Positions 36,816-47,363 of a stretch of 64,000 bases of DNA are shown here, piece after piece (within the stretch, counting starts at the first letter, position 1; every line of letters starts with the position of its first letter). The stretch lies in IMG/VR virus record IMGVR_UViG_3300045051_000720, positions 1-64,000 of that record. The stretch is one strand, 5' to 3'. Under the pieces are notes generated by a model. That model made no database searches. It was not told where the DNA came from and worked only from the letters and a program-made list of their open reading frames with translations. Made by a program: the position numbers and the translations under genes.

Positions 36816-37729
36816 ACGTAGCTGGCCCGACTCAAACCGGGGTAGGCCAGTAGCGGAAGCTGGGCGGGCAATGGGAAGTGGGCAGTGCATCCCAAGAGGT
36901 TGTGCGGACAGGCGTCCGCCACCCAGTTGGTTTCGTTGAACTGGGGGTTGTTGATCGCCCCTGTAGTGCCTGCCTGCCCACATACGTAGACCAATAGCTC
37001 GCCAAAAGTGAAGTCGCTCGCGCTGACGATGGTCACCCAATCGCCTACCGCATAGGTGTTACCAGCCGCCCACGTGCCGCGCGCGTTGAGGGTATATCCA
37101 TACCCAGCTGGCGCGGCGGCGGCGAAAAGCTTGCCAAAACGGTCAGACACAGGGACGCCAACATACCCGCAGGTCTCGCCATCCCGATAGACAGCCGAAC
37201 ACACCGTAGCCAAGGCGGGCCGGCGCGGGAGCTGGACGTTATCGATTTCCCAAGGCGAAGTAAGCTCCATCTCCACGACCTCGGGGGTCTCGACCACCTT
37301 GCGATTGACGAAGAAAATGTCAGGCTCATAAGCCGCGCTGGGGTCAGGCGTACCGTAGGGATTGACGTTGTTGGTAAAGTTGGCGGCATCAATGAAGCGA
37401 GCGAACACCCGCGTGCGCGTGAGTTTTGCCCCGACGAGATCACCTTGGGTCAGCAAGAACTGGCTGACGTAGCCATTGATATTGCTCGCACGCAGCTTTG
37501 GGCGAACGGGGTTACCTTTGCCATCCGTGCCCCAATCGGTTAGCTCAATCGGGAAGGCGGTATACGTAACACCGTTGAAGATGAGCGGTTGGTAAAGACC
37601 ATTCACGCCCGGATGCCAGAAATATTGGTTTCCGTTCACGCTGATATACCGTGAATCGAGCGTGAACAAATCTAAAAGACAGCCCGGGTCGGGTATGTAG
37701 CTCTGAGCGTTGGTACTAATTAAGGCCAT
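36812..37729 (-). CDS. lambda gpL-like minor tail protein
   Basis: YTAFPIE, DLVGAKLTRTRVFARFID, CSAVYRDGETCGY and C-terminal Cys. Confidence 0.88.
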   Translation of the reverse strand: MALISTNAQSYIPDPGCLLDLFTLDSRYISVNGNQYFWHPGVNGLYQPLIFNGVTYTAFPIELTDWGTDGKGNPVRPKLRASNINGYVSQFLLTQGDLVGAKLTRTRVFARFIDAANFTNNVNPYGTPDPSAAYEPDIFFVNRKVVETPEVVEMELTSPWEIDNVQLPRRPALATVCSAVYRDGETCGYVGVPVSDRFGKLFAAAAPAGYGYTLNARGTWAAGNTYAVGDWVTIVSASDFTFGELLVYVCGQAGTTGAINNPQFNETNWVADACPHNLLGCTAHFPLPAQLPLLAYPGLSRASYV

Positions 37730-38549
37730 GTTTTTGTTTCCACGCGTCCTGTTGACGACGATGTGACGCGTCGATAGCAACAGGATCGGTTACAAAGCTC
37801 CAACGATACCCTCCAGCGGTTTGAATTTTACCGTAGCATACGTGCCGCACGCTATCGGGGTGCAGACCGACTGATTCAGCAGCCAACCGAGGACTATCCC
37901 ACATGCGAAGGACTTGTCCATCTAAGTCATGTTGCCATACCGGGCGGGCAGCAGCGTTACCGCCGCGAGGCTTTCGTTGACGCAACTGATACGTCGCGGG
38001 ATCGTAGTTTTCTTTGAAACACCAGTGATAGCCACCTGCGGTGACGCCAACTCCACAACACACTTTGTGAATGGGTCTACCCGCAATACCAGTGGCCTGT
38101 GTTGCCAATCCAGTAGACCGATATTCGGCTATGAATACTCCTGATACGGGGTCGAGTTGAACAACTGCTCGTCCATTCTGCCCCATACATGCTTTAGATA
38201 GCTTGAGGCGCGTTTCGGAAGTATGTACAATCCCCAGACATGAGTAAGCAAGCGGGGCCACATTATACCCTATGGGGTCCCACGGTTGTAAAGTGTCTAG
38301 ATAGTGCTGCTCACGCGTGATGAGCATAGTAACGTCATCTACCCATTCGAGCACGGAAAACGTGAAATTCTCAAAGCCGTGCTTACGAATGGCTCGTGCC
38401 ATAGGTCGGTCTTCTCGACCCCCTAGCTTACGGTACTGACCGTATCGGTGGTAAAAGTTTTGCGCGCTGCCGACATAGATCTTGCCGTTCACCATGTTTG
38501 TGGCGAGGTAGACAGCGGGCTTGGAATGCTCTTGTTTCGTGGGGACCAT
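37716..38549 (-). mobile_element. free-standing GIY-YIG homing endonuclease with NUMOD repeats
   Basis: AVYLATNMVNGKIYVGS; two ...TAGGY.W.F repeats. Confidence 0.88.
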
Positions 38550-38586
38550 GACCTTGGACCTAGACTGAACCGGAACCTACCCTATC

Positions 38587-38594
38587 CTATACAC
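38587..38594 (-). promoter_or_regulatory. putative late promoter GTGTATAG
   Basis: recurrent motif upstream of GIY-YIG/L-K-I-J. Confidence 0.65.
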
Positions 38595-38600
38595 CCACCG

Positions 38601-39350
38601 CTATGGAATATCCCATACTTGGCTCACTGGGACCGTCACCGCATTCAGTCCATAAGCTGTCAACCCGTGCCGTGGTGGCCCAGACACGTATTGTAAATCT
38701 GCGCGATTGTAAAGGTTACCTACTGGAAACGCCAGTTTGAACGGCGTGGCTCCTCCATAGTTTTGGAGGAAGTTGAGCATCGAGGCAATCTCCTTGTCCG
38801 ATCGCTCGGCAAACACAAGGTTCCACGCGAGGGAGTTGGAGTTGATGGTGGTCGTTTGGCGCTGTGAATAACCCTCCCCGAGCTGAGTTTTGATGACCGC
38901 CATTTCATGCGTCACGTCGGTGGTCCAGCTGGGTATCCAGTAAAATCCCGTCGTCCAGTACGGGTGTATAGGTGCTCTCACGCCGCCGGCCGTGACGACA
39001 TTCGACACGTTGAGTCCGGGGTTGAGATAATCCACATATCCCGATCCTGCCGCGAGGACCACCCCGGTATAGTTGCAACTTGGATCGGGTTGGATGCCCG
39101 AGACGACCACCACACTGCCCGGCTGGAAAAAAATCGCGCCGGTTTGGTTGAAGGTGACGCGGTTGACGTTATCGGTTCGTGACAACGTCAATGGGCTGAA
39201 CACATATTGACCCAACGGGTCCGCGCCGTAGCTGGCAATCGTCGCGTAGAAATATCGAGTGTCCGACACAGACGACCCATAGATGACATCCCACTTGGAG
39301 TAGTTGTAGTTCGCGTTCCACGAGGGAAAATTATAGGTGGTGACAGTCAT
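38601..39350 (-). CDS. lambda gpM-like distal tail protein with N-terminal extension
   Basis: KTQLGEGYSQR...INSNSLAWNLVFAERSDKE...NFL motif. Confidence 0.8.
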   Translation of the reverse strand: MTVTTYNFPSWNANYNYSKWDVIYGSSVSDTRYFYATIASYGADPLGQYVFSPLTLSRTDNVNRVTFNQTGAIFFQPGSVVVVSGIQPDPSCNYTGVVLAAGSGYVDYLNPGLNVSNVVTAGGVRAPIHPYWTTGFYWIPSWTTDVTHEMAVIKTQLGEGYSQRQTTTINSNSLAWNLVFAERSDKEIASMLNFLQNYGGATPFKLAFPVGNLYNRADLQYVSGPPRHGLTAYGLNAVTVPVSQVWDIP

Positions 39351-42300
39351 TAAGATGACCTCAGGTTAGACTGCGGGCGGAGCATGCCGCCCAGACGTTT
39401 CTGTTCCTCAATGGTCTGAAGCACGACCTGCTTGACCCGTGCGCCCATCGACTCGGCGAAGTGGCGATCCATGCCACCTCCACCCTGCGTGTTGGACGAG
39501 GTCGAGGTAGTGGAGTTGTCGTTGATCGTGACCCCAATACTGACGGCGGTGCCGCCACCACCAGAGATCGTGCCCATTGGGGTGGGCGTAGCCATCATGC
39601 TGGACACCGCGCCGCCCGTGTCGAGGCGGACTGATGTGAGTGGAGCATCCGGTTCTCCACCGAGAGACAGAGAAGCCAATGTCCCCGCCCCATATCGCTC
39701 GACCATCGGCTTGCGGATGACATACGAACCGGGCGAGAGACCCGCAAAGACATCATCGCGCACACCAGATCCGCCGCGCACCAGCCCGCCCGGCGCGAAC
39801 CGCGCCACGCCCGAGTTGATGGCACTGAGGTTGCGCTGGCCGATGCGTGACGCCTGCCGCGGGGGGAACACATACTCACCACCAGTCAGGAGGGTGGGAA
39901 TGGAACCTCCACCTGCGCGACCGATAGGGCCACCGTTGGCGTGGCCGGGAGATGGTGCAACACCCGGGGTCAATGGAGAGACAGAGGTCGTTCCGATGTT
40001 ACCGAGAAACATCCCCAACAAACTGACCACTGCCTTAGTAGCGAACGCGCGCGCTGATTCGCTGAGCACGCTCAGGATGAAGTCGCGGAACGCATCCTTG
40101 GCTTTCTTTGCGCCCGTGACGAAGTTGCCAAAGGCGTCCGAGAAACTGGTCGCCAAGCTATTCGCTACGTTGCGTCCCACGTCGGCGAAGTTACTGATCT
40201 CTTGACGTGCGCCCGCAAACACCGACTTGAATCCGCCTTGGAAGCTGTTAACGCTCTCTCCATACATGCCTTGGCGATCAGCTTGGCCAAAAACCGCTCC
40301 ACTCAGCATATCGCCTCGTACAAGGCGACCATTTGGTCCTCTTGCCACATCAATCGTCGCTTGGTCTGCGATGCGTGATTCATCAAACCCTTGACGTAAT
40401 GCTCCGGTCAAATAGGCCGCGGCCCCCGTAGGAGTCTTACGATAGTTCAGCTGGTCGACAAGCAGTTTATTCGTCGTATCGTTGACCTCAATCGCCTTCT
40501 GCTCAGTCTCGTCAAGGATCATCATCTGACGAATCAGCCCCTCCAATGCCTCGATGGTTTGCTTGCGCGTGTTATCGGCATCCTTGGCACCGCCGAACAT
40601 GTCGCCGCCCTTGCGGGCCTCTTCTAGCACCGACTGGAGGTCACCGATACTCTGCACTCCTACCAGCTTATCCTCGAAGAACGAGCGGTTCTTGACCCCA
40701 GCGCGACCGAGCATATCAATGATCGAACCCGTTCCCTCTTCCAGCGCGGAGGTGCGCTGCGCTCCATATTGGGCGCGGATGTTTTGTCGCCCAAACACGC
40801 CTTCGCGCATCAACCGCCCTACGTCCGTTACACCCGGCGCTTCCAGTGCAATCTGCTGGCGCGTCTGCATGATGCGCATCGCGGCCTCGGCATCGACCGA
40901 TTTGAGTTGGCCGCTCAGCTTGAATGATGCGCCCAGTGCAATGGACTCGGGGGCCAGCATCGGGCGCGGACCAGCCTTCTTCAGCCGCATGTCCTCGAAC
41001 GCCTTCATCGCTTGACGATCAGCAATCTCGCGGCTGATGGCGCCCCGCACCATGTCAGGGGTGCCAAACCCCTCGGTACCCGCGCGCTTGGAGAGGTCCA
41101 ACAGCTCAGTGTTTGACAGCCCCGCTATCTGCGCGCGATAGGCGTCGCGCCCCTTGCCGATGTTCTCAGAATCGCCGAACACCGTGCGCTGGCTGAACTC
41201 CGACGTGCTGGCGAAGGGGTTGAACAGCGAGAGGTACGTACCAAACCCTGTGCGCTTCTCCTGCGCGCCAGTCATGGCGATGCGCATGGCGCCTTGCGCA
41301 GACTCTTCTTCGGCGCGGTCGGACAGGATGCGAGTGGCTTCGGCACGGTTACCGTTCAAGATGAGACTACGGATCTGCGGGTCCGTGACTTTGCCAAGGC
41401 TAGCTTGTGATCGCTGTTGGAGGCGCAGAAGCTGTTTAGCGTTCAACCCACTCGCTTTGCCCTCGTTGAAGGTATCGATGTCCTCGAAGGCCTGAACCGT
41501 CGCGTCCATCTGTTCCTTGATCTTGGCGGTCTGTTTATTGACCTCCTCCGCGACTTCAGCGAGGCTCTTTTCGGCACGACTCAAAAACCCACTAATCGCA
41601 CCAGTCAGCCCACCGACCCCAGCTCCAACAAAAGTACCTATCGGACCAAACACACTACCAATCGACGCACCAATAGCTGCACCTTGTAGACCTCCACCAA
41701 TTGCGCCTGAAACTTGACCGGAGGCAGTACCCCCCTCACCTTGAGGAATAAACCCACTAGCGAGAGAACCAATTAATAGACCATTTTGGAGAGAGGAGGC
41801 GCGCCCAGCGCGACGCGAAGCGCGTGCGGCAATAGCATTATCAGCTAATACTTGTGCCTGTTCGGCTGCGCGGGTAGCCAAGGCCGCGTCCATCGCGGCT
41901 CGTTGGCGAGCACGGACTTCACCTTGGTGTAGGCCCGGAGTATTCTCATCAGGCGTGGAAGTCATTGGACGACCTCTTAGGTCCGTCATAACATAAGGCT
42001 GACCGCTCCACGGGCGTGATTCAATAATCGAACCCGGGCCACCCGCACGACGGGTAGAATCGGTAATGATCTTGAGAGCGTTGGCGCCCCTCGCTGTGTC
42101 AGCTTTAGCAAGGGCACTAGTCAGCGCCACGATGCTCTCAACGGTTTTGGCAATCTGCGCAGAGTTCCCGGTATATGCCCCAAGAAATTGACCAAACCCT
42201 TGACCCGTCGCGCTAGCGGTTGGCGTACTTGGTACTGCCGGGCTCATTGGCGCCCCCCACGGCTGACCCATTATCAATGGCGGATTGGGTCTGATGCGAT

Positions 42301-44293
42301 ATGATGGAGGGACGTTGTAATTGTTCGCCGCGTTGGGCAGGTATCCTTCTGCCGCCACAGGCGTACTGCCCGGCGGCAACCCGTGCCGCGTGATCATGTC
42401 GCGGTTGAGGATAGCTGGTCCCTTGGGTGTCGGAGCTACCCACTCGCTGCTGTTAGCCACGATGCCGCGCCCATCGCCACGCGCGAAGTTGGGCAGGTAT
42501 ACTGGTCGTGCGCCCGCAGGAGCACCACCGATTCCTCGCGCAATGGCTGATGCTTCCTCTCCAATCGGGATATACCCTCCTGCCGCCGAACCGGGGCGAT
42601 AAGCTGTACGTGTAGCCGCAGCGCCTAATTTAGCTTCTTGGGCAAGAATTGAAGCCTGTGCACCGCGTTTAATTCCAGCGATTTCAGCAACAAGGACCGC
42701 TTGTCGTTGTAATATCTCAAGGATGATCTTTTCCTGATCGGCTACCGTGCGCGCGGCCATATACCGCTTCTGTTCTTCCTCGGTTCCTTTCGTGAGCAAC
42801 TGATTGGTTCGCGAGATCGCTTCCGCCTCACCCACTGGTTGGAGCAGGCGCGATCCGACGTTGGACCGCGTCCCAATAGGCATCATCATGGTACCGGGCA
42901 TGAACATGTTGGCCCCAGCCTTGATGTCACCAGCGACTTCGGGTATGGTCTTGCGCAACAAACCCATTGCAGTGCGCAGAATAAATATCAAACCGGGACC
43001 CGCGAGAACGTTTCCTATACCCTTGAGGATGCTTTCACCGACATAAGCACCAAAATCCTTGGCGGGGTCGGTATCGCCCGTCGCTTTAGCATTCTTGAAC
43101 AGGTTAGCGACAATGTTACCCGTGCTAATACCCTCCATCAGAAGGGGCTTGAGCGAGAGACTCCCCACCACCGCCGCCATCTGTGTCGCGCTGGTCTTGA
43201 GGTTCTGTACCGACGTGGCGAGGGTGTCATTCAGCGCGGCGTTGCGGATGATGGCCTCGTTGGTCTGGTTGGCGGCAACCGCCGTGGCCTGATCCTTGAT
43301 GCCACTATTGCGACCCAGATCCTGCATCAGGGCCTTGAACTGGTTGATCTGGAACACACCCGCGCCGAGCTGCGCGACCTGCTGCTGGTTCTCGCGCGTC
43401 ATGTTCTTGTACGCGTCGGCGAGTGCGTTGAACACCTGCCCGGCGGACTTGGCGTTGCCCTCGGCGTCACGGATGCCCACGCCCAGTGCCTCTAGCTGAT
43501 CGAGGGTTGACGACCGCTCCAGCCGCGTGAAGATGGTCTTGAACGCGTTCGAGATGACCGCACCACCGCGCTGGGTGATTTGCTGCGCCGCCGTGATGTA
43601 GCCGATGAACTCGTCGATCGACAGCCCTGCGTCCGCCGCCACCGAGCCTGCACGCTGGAAAGCCTCGGCGAGATCTCGCGCCGACACGGCGAACCGCTGG
43701 TCCACCGCGACGAGCTTGTTGATGATGGTGGTCGTGTCCTCGCCCGCGCGCCCGTAGGTATTGACGGCGGCGGTGAGTGTTTCAACGGACTTGGCGGTGT
43801 CGAGTCCTGTCAAACGGGTCAGAATCATCGCGTCGCGCGTGCGTTTGAGGGTCTCCTGCACACCCAAACCCTGCCGCGACAGCTCCTCGGCAGCCTTGGC
43901 GACCTCATCGAAGGACTGACCCGTCTCGCGCGCGACGTTGAAGAGGGATTTGGAGAAGCTGTCTAGATTGCGGGCCGAGAGGGTGAAGATCGAGTTGATG
44001 CTGGCCATCCGTTTCTCGACGTTCACTGTCGCCTTGACCAGCTCGTTGAAGGCCCGTACGGTACCGTACACGATGCTGGCCGACGTGCCGAACGCGATGA
44101 CCCGGCGGTTGGAAAAGTCGAGGGACTGCTCGAACCGGCGCAGGTTGCCCGTCATCCCGCCCAGCGCGGCGTTGAAGGCTTTGTCGTTGATCGGGATCTT
44201 GAGCCCGCCCGTCCCCGTCGCGGCACGAATCTGCTTCTCCAGCGAGCTGGACAAGCCGACGAACTCCGCACTGATCTTGACGGTGGATGGCAT
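39350..44293 (-). CDS. tape measure protein
   Basis: 1647 aa; TP901-type core (TGQSFDEVAKAAEELSRQG), helical body, C-terminal ANGG/GEYV segments. Confidence 0.92.
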   Translation of the reverse strand: MPSTVKISAEFVGLSSSLEKQIRAATGTGGLKIPINDKAFNAALGGMTGNLRRFEQSLDFSNRRVIAFGTSASIVYGTVRAFNELVKATVNVEKRMASINSIFTLSARNLDSFSKSLFNVARETGQSFDEVAKAAEELSRQGLGVQETLKRTRDAMILTRLTGLDTAKSVETLTAAVNTYGRAGEDTTTIINKLVAVDQRFAVSARDLAEAFQRAGSVAADAGLSIDEFIGYITAAQQITQRGGAVISNAFKTIFTRLERSSTLDQLEALGVGIRDAEGNAKSAGQVFNALADAYKNMTRENQQQVAQLGAGVFQINQFKALMQDLGRNSGIKDQATAVAANQTNEAIIRNAALNDTLATSVQNLKTSATQMAAVVGSLSLKPLLMEGISTGNIVANLFKNAKATGDTDPAKDFGAYVGESILKGIGNVLAGPGLIFILRTAMGLLRKTIPEVAGDIKAGANMFMPGTMMMPIGTRSNVGSRLLQPVGEAEAISRTNQLLTKGTEEEQKRYMAARTVADQEKIILEILQRQAVLVAEIAGIKRGAQASILAQEAKLGAAATRTAYRPGSAAGGYIPIGEEASAIARGIGGAPAGARPVYLPNFARGDGRGIVANSSEWVAPTPKGPAILNRDMITRHGLPPGSTPVAAEGYLPNAANNYNVPPSYRIRPNPPLIMGQPWGAPMSPAVPSTPTASATGQGFGQFLGAYTGNSAQIAKTVESIVALTSALAKADTARGANALKIITDSTRRAGGPGSIIESRPWSGQPYVMTDLRGRPMTSTPDENTPGLHQGEVRARQRAAMDAALATRAAEQAQVLADNAIAARASRRAGRASSLQNGLLIGSLASGFIPQGEGGTASGQVSGAIGGGLQGAAIGASIGSVFGPIGTFVGAGVGGLTGAISGFLSRAEKSLAEVAEEVNKQTAKIKEQMDATVQAFEDIDTFNEGKASGLNAKQLLRLQQRSQASLGKVTDPQIRSLILNGNRAEATRILSDRAEEESAQGAMRIAMTGAQEKRTGFGTYLSLFNPFASTSEFSQRTVFGDSENIGKGRDAYRAQIAGLSNTELLDLSKRAGTEGFGTPDMVRGAISREIADRQAMKAFEDMRLKKAGPRPMLAPESIALGASFKLSGQLKSVDAEAAMRIMQTRQQIALEAPGVTDVGRLMREGVFGRQNIRAQYGAQRTSALEEGTGSIIDMLGRAGVKNRSFFEDKLVGVQSIGDLQSVLEEARKGGDMFGGAKDADNTRKQTIEALEGLIRQMMILDETEQKAIEVNDTTNKLLVDQLNYRKTPTGAAAYLTGALRQGFDESRIADQATIDVARGPNGRLVRGDMLSGAVFGQADRQGMYGESVNSFQGGFKSVFAGARQEISNFADVGRNVANSLATSFSDAFGNFVTGAKKAKDAFRDFILSVLSESARAFATKAVVSLLGMFLGNIGTTSVSPLTPGVAPSPGHANGGPIGRAGGGSIPTLLTGGEYVFPPRQASRIGQRNLSAINSGVARFAPGGLVRGGSGVRDDVFAGLSPGSYVIRKPMVERYGAGTLASLSLGGEPDAPLTSVRLDTGGAVSSMMATPTPMGTISGGGGTAVSIGVTINDNSTTSTSSNTQGGGGMDRHFAESMGARVKQVVLQTIEEQKRLGGMLRPQSNLRSS

Positions 44294-44330
44294 GACCTTG
44301 GACGGCGACTGACGCCTTAAACCTGCCTAG

Positions 44331-44338
44331 CTATACAC
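44331..44338 (-). promoter_or_regulatory. putative late promoter GTGTATAG
   Basis: upstream of TMP. Confidence 0.7.
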
Positions 44339-44346
44339 CCCGCCGA

Positions 44347-45306
44347 CTAGCCCGAACGGTTGTTCTTGACCAGCCAGCGGGCCAGTTCCACGCCACTGAG
44401 GTCGGATGGCGGGAGGGCAGTCATCTTCTGCTTCATCCCCATCTCCTTGATGTCGGTCGAGGTGAGCCCCACAGGTGACCTTCCCTCCATCGAGGCCTGA
44501 TTCTTCTGCATGATATACGCCTGCTCCAGCGCATCGGGGTCCACGCGTTTGTTGGGTGCGAGCTTGTTCAGGTCAGTGTGGTCAATCACCCCCTTCATGT
44601 AGCGCGCGATGTTCGCCAGCTTGACCTGATAGTAGGTCAGCTCACAGATGGGGCGCCCATAGAAGGCGTGGGCGTTGTCGGCGCAGAGGGTGTAGTACGA
44701 CACGAAGAAATCCTGCACCGCGAGGCGCCGCAGATTGGCGTCGGCACAGGGTTCGATGGCCGCGCGGTAGGCGTCGTGTAGCTTGTCCACTTGCGCGTCC
44801 TCAAGGTCCTCAAAGGCTTCCATCGACACCAACGGCTCGCGGAACGTGCTATCCGCGAATAGGTTATGGACAATGGAGTAGTCCTCGGCGCGCCGCCGAG
44901 CGTACAGCTCGACGGTCATACCGATCGCTGTGGCGCGCTCCATCAGCATCTGGGTCAGCTTCTTGCGCTCCTCGGCAGTCTGCTGGTCGTGGGACCGCAG
45001 CACCGAGGGGATACCAATGGTCTGCCGCCCCGCCTCAAGGCGCGCGATGTAGTCGCGCTGGGTGTCTATCGCCTTCTCACGGGCCTGATCCCACTGGCCC
45101 TTGGCGAACAGATAGGCTAGTCTCTGGGCCTCGGTCTGGGCACCCATCGCCGCCGCCTCGGCCTCGAAGCGATGCTGGATTAGGTCGAAATCGACGTGTT
45201 CGGCGTGGCCGAGGTGACGCACATAGAAGGGACGATCCGCATGGCCCAGCGAGTACCCGCGACACACATCGACGAACGCGCGGCGGAGTGTGTTGACATC
45301 AGTCAC
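44347..45306 (-). CDS. putative tail assembly chaperone (second)
   Basis: position directly upstream of TMP; helical. Confidence 0.55.
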   Translation of the reverse strand: MTDVNTLRRAFVDVCRGYSLGHADRPFYVRHLGHAEHVDFDLIQHRFEAEAAAMGAQTEAQRLAYLFAKGQWDQAREKAIDTQRDYIARLEAGRQTIGIPSVLRSHDQQTAEERKKLTQMLMERATAIGMTVELYARRRAEDYSIVHNLFADSTFREPLVSMEAFEDLEDAQVDKLHDAYRAAIEPCADANLRRLAVQDFFVSYYTLCADNAHAFYGRPICELTYYQVKLANIARYMKGVIDHTDLNKLAPNKRVDPDALEQAYIMQKNQASMEGRSPVGLTSTDIKEMGMKQKMTALPPSDLSGVELARWLVKNNRSG

Positions 45307-45307
45307 G

Positions 45308-46129
45308 TCAAGCGATCGGGGCGGCCGGAGGCGCCTCGGCCTTCGCCTCTTCCTTCATCTTCTCGGCGGCCTCGACTTGCTTGCGCCACTGGTCCTCGAT
45401 CTCGACGAAGTCTTCGGCCTTGTTCGCGCGGCCAAACAGGTACAGTTGCCAATAGAGACTCAGCTTCCCTCCATCCATGACCGCCTTGTACAGGTCATCA
45501 CCCGCGTCCTCCATATCTGCCGCGCGCTGCTCCTTCGCCGCGAAATCAGCACCTGTGAACAGAGGCTCGGGCTTGGCGTCGGGCGCGGCCTTGATGTAGG
45601 TCAGGAACAGCATCAGCCACGACAGGGCCTTCACCTGCATGTGGTTCTCGGCGGTGTACGCATACACCGACTGGTAAGCGGTGTTCAGGTCCTCCACCCG
45701 CTTCGCAAGGATGCTATACTCCAGCGCGAGCTTCGCCTTGCGCGCTTTCAATTCGTCGGTTTCTGGCTCATGATTGGCCGACAGACGCATATAGTCGTTG
45801 CTCAGCTCTTGGAGGCGCTGGTTCATCGCCGCGATGTTCTTGTCTTCGTCGCCCGAGAGAGGACTGTTCGCGTCCTTGGCCAGCTTCTGCTGCATGATCA
45901 CCTTGGGCAGGAGACCCAGCGTAATGGCCTCGTTGTAGGTGACCTGCTGGAACAGCGCGAGCGCCTGCTTTTCGGGGCGCGTGGGCTCCTTCAGCACGAC
46001 GGTGTGAGGAACGGGCTTGGTGACCTTCTTGGAGGTCGTGACGGTCTGGCCGTCCTCTTCGCGGGTGGATGTCTCGGTGACCTCGCGGTCGAGGTTGACG
46101 GTAAAGGAATGAAGGGTCTTGAAGGACAT
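45308..46129 (-). CDS. putative tail assembly chaperone (first)
   Basis: position; acidic helical protein. Confidence 0.55.
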   Translation of the reverse strand: MSFKTLHSFTVNLDREVTETSTREEDGQTVTTSKKVTKPVPHTVVLKEPTRPEKQALALFQQVTYNEAITLGLLPKVIMQQKLAKDANSPLSGDEDKNIAAMNQRLQELSNDYMRLSANHEPETDELKARKAKLALEYSILAKRVEDLNTAYQSVYAYTAENHMQVKALSWLMLFLTYIKAAPDAKPEPLFTGADFAAKEQRAADMEDAGDDLYKAVMDGGKLSLYWQLYLFGRANKAEDFVEIEDQWRKQVEAAEKMKEEAKAEAPPAAPIA

Positions 46130-46131
46130 GG

Positions 46132-46605
46132 TTAGGAGGTGTGCCGCATCGCGGCATAGGCTTGGCAGTAGATACCGTGGGGGTTGGTTAAGTCGCGCAG
46201 CAGAGCCGTGACAAGGAAGATCATAAATACTCCCCCTACTGCCTCAGCGATACGTTGACGTTTGGTTGGGGATGCGCGCCCATAAACCTTGGCGACATCT
46301 TTGAGTACCGCCAAAGTTGCGCGAGGACGCCCCTTGCGTGTATACCCACTGACCCCCGCTACCGCTAAGACATTGGCGCGCCGGATGCGTGAGAACACGG
46401 TCTTGAGGACATTGCCAATCACCACGCCATTTCGCGAAGTGGCTTGTTTTGTAGCAGCAATGCAGGCGATTAGTTGGTCGACTGACACCCTTGCGTCATC
46501 GGCCGTAGATCCGATACGTCGTATGGCCTGAGCGAGGTCACGAGAAGACATGGCGAACCGCGCGTCTATAGCCGCCAATTTGTTGGTAATGTGTGAGGGA
46601 GGCAT
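46132..46605 (-). CDS. free-standing paralogue of the TMP core domain
   Basis: NKLAAIDARFAMSSRDLAQAIRRIGS aligns with TMP NKLVAVDQRFAVSARDLAEAFQRAGS. Confidence 0.7.
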   Translation of the reverse strand: MPPSHITNKLAAIDARFAMSSRDLAQAIRRIGSTADDARVSVDQLIACIAATKQATSRNGVVIGNVLKTVFSRIRRANVLAVAGVSGYTRKGRPRATLAVLKDVAKVYGRASPTKRQRIAEAVGGVFMIFLVTALLRDLTNPHGIYCQAYAAMRHTS

Positions 46606-46607
46606 GG

Positions 46608-46964
46608 TCAGGAGAGACGTTTGAAGAGGTTACGGGCGACGCGGCGTAGCTTGGCCCAATAGTAGGTCGCGACCCAGACCACAGGATGACCCCACGGACG
46701 CACCTTGACCGTGGTGTGTTCCATCAGAGCGACCAGATCCGCGGGCGTGGCGATGGTCTCGACGACACAGCGCGAGCCAACGTCGCCGATCGATAATGAC
46801 CATGTTACGCTCTGCACCGCGCCGAGGCTGGTGCCATCCGACAGATGGACTTGGGTACTATAGGGACGACCATCCGCCGTGGACTGGATGAAGATATAGG
46901 ATTGGCCATTCGCCTTAACGGCGCTGGTGACATCGTTAGTGGGGGTGGGTGGGCGGGTGATCAT
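46608..46964 (-). CDS. hypothetical protein
   Basis: 118 aa, ATGA overlap. Confidence 0.6.
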   Translation of the reverse strand: MITRPPTPTNDVTSAVKANGQSYIFIQSTADGRPYSTQVHLSDGTSLGAVQSVTWSLSIGDVGSRCVVETIATPADLVALMEHTTVKVRPWGHPVVWVATYYWAKLRRVARNLFKRLS

Positions 46965-47290
46965 TTGAAGGAAAGAGTGTATTGGTCAAGCTCTTGACAC
47001 ACGGCCCGCGTGCAGTCATTCCCGCGCCGAAGAATCGCGCGCCGGATGCGCTCGCCCTTCTCGTCCGTGAAGTGGTCAGCCAGTCCAACATGGACGTGGT
47101 ACTCGGGCGGCAGTGCCGCGTAGAGCTTCTCCAATGCTTCGTCATGTTCCTCGGCAAGCTGCTCGACGATCATCAGACACTCCTTGAACAGGGTCGTGAT
47201 GTGACGGCTGATCGTGAATTGCGCAGAGGCGCGCAGATCGAGCGTAGTGGGAACACCAACGGCGGCGTGAACGATTGTGGACTGAGACAT
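46961..47290 (-). CDS. hypothetical helical protein
   Basis: 109 aa downstream of late motif. Confidence 0.65.
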   Translation of the reverse strand: MSQSTIVHAAVGVPTTLDLRASAQFTISRHITTLFKECLMIVEQLAEEHDEALEKLYAALPPEYHVHVGLADHFTDEKGERIRRAILRRGNDCTRAVCQELDQYTLSFK

Positions 47291-47340
47291 ACCGGAACCT
47301 TGGACTGACCTGAGACCCGAGGGGTGGCCCTCGTGTAGGG

Positions 47341-47348
47341 CTATACAC
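47341..47348 (-). promoter_or_regulatory. putative late promoter GTGTATAG
   Basis: recurrent motif. Confidence 0.65.
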
Positions 47349-47363
47349 TTACGGCGGGTGGGA

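Noticed and set aside
23304-38971. GTGTATA copies at 23304, 30371 and 38964
   Set aside because: Inside genes on the non-coding strand with no nearby start; consistent with chance occurrence
45290-45370. Programmed G/GT-type frameshift between tail chaperone genes
   Set aside because: No X XXY YYZ slippery heptamer visible before the first stop; the second gene has its own GTG start
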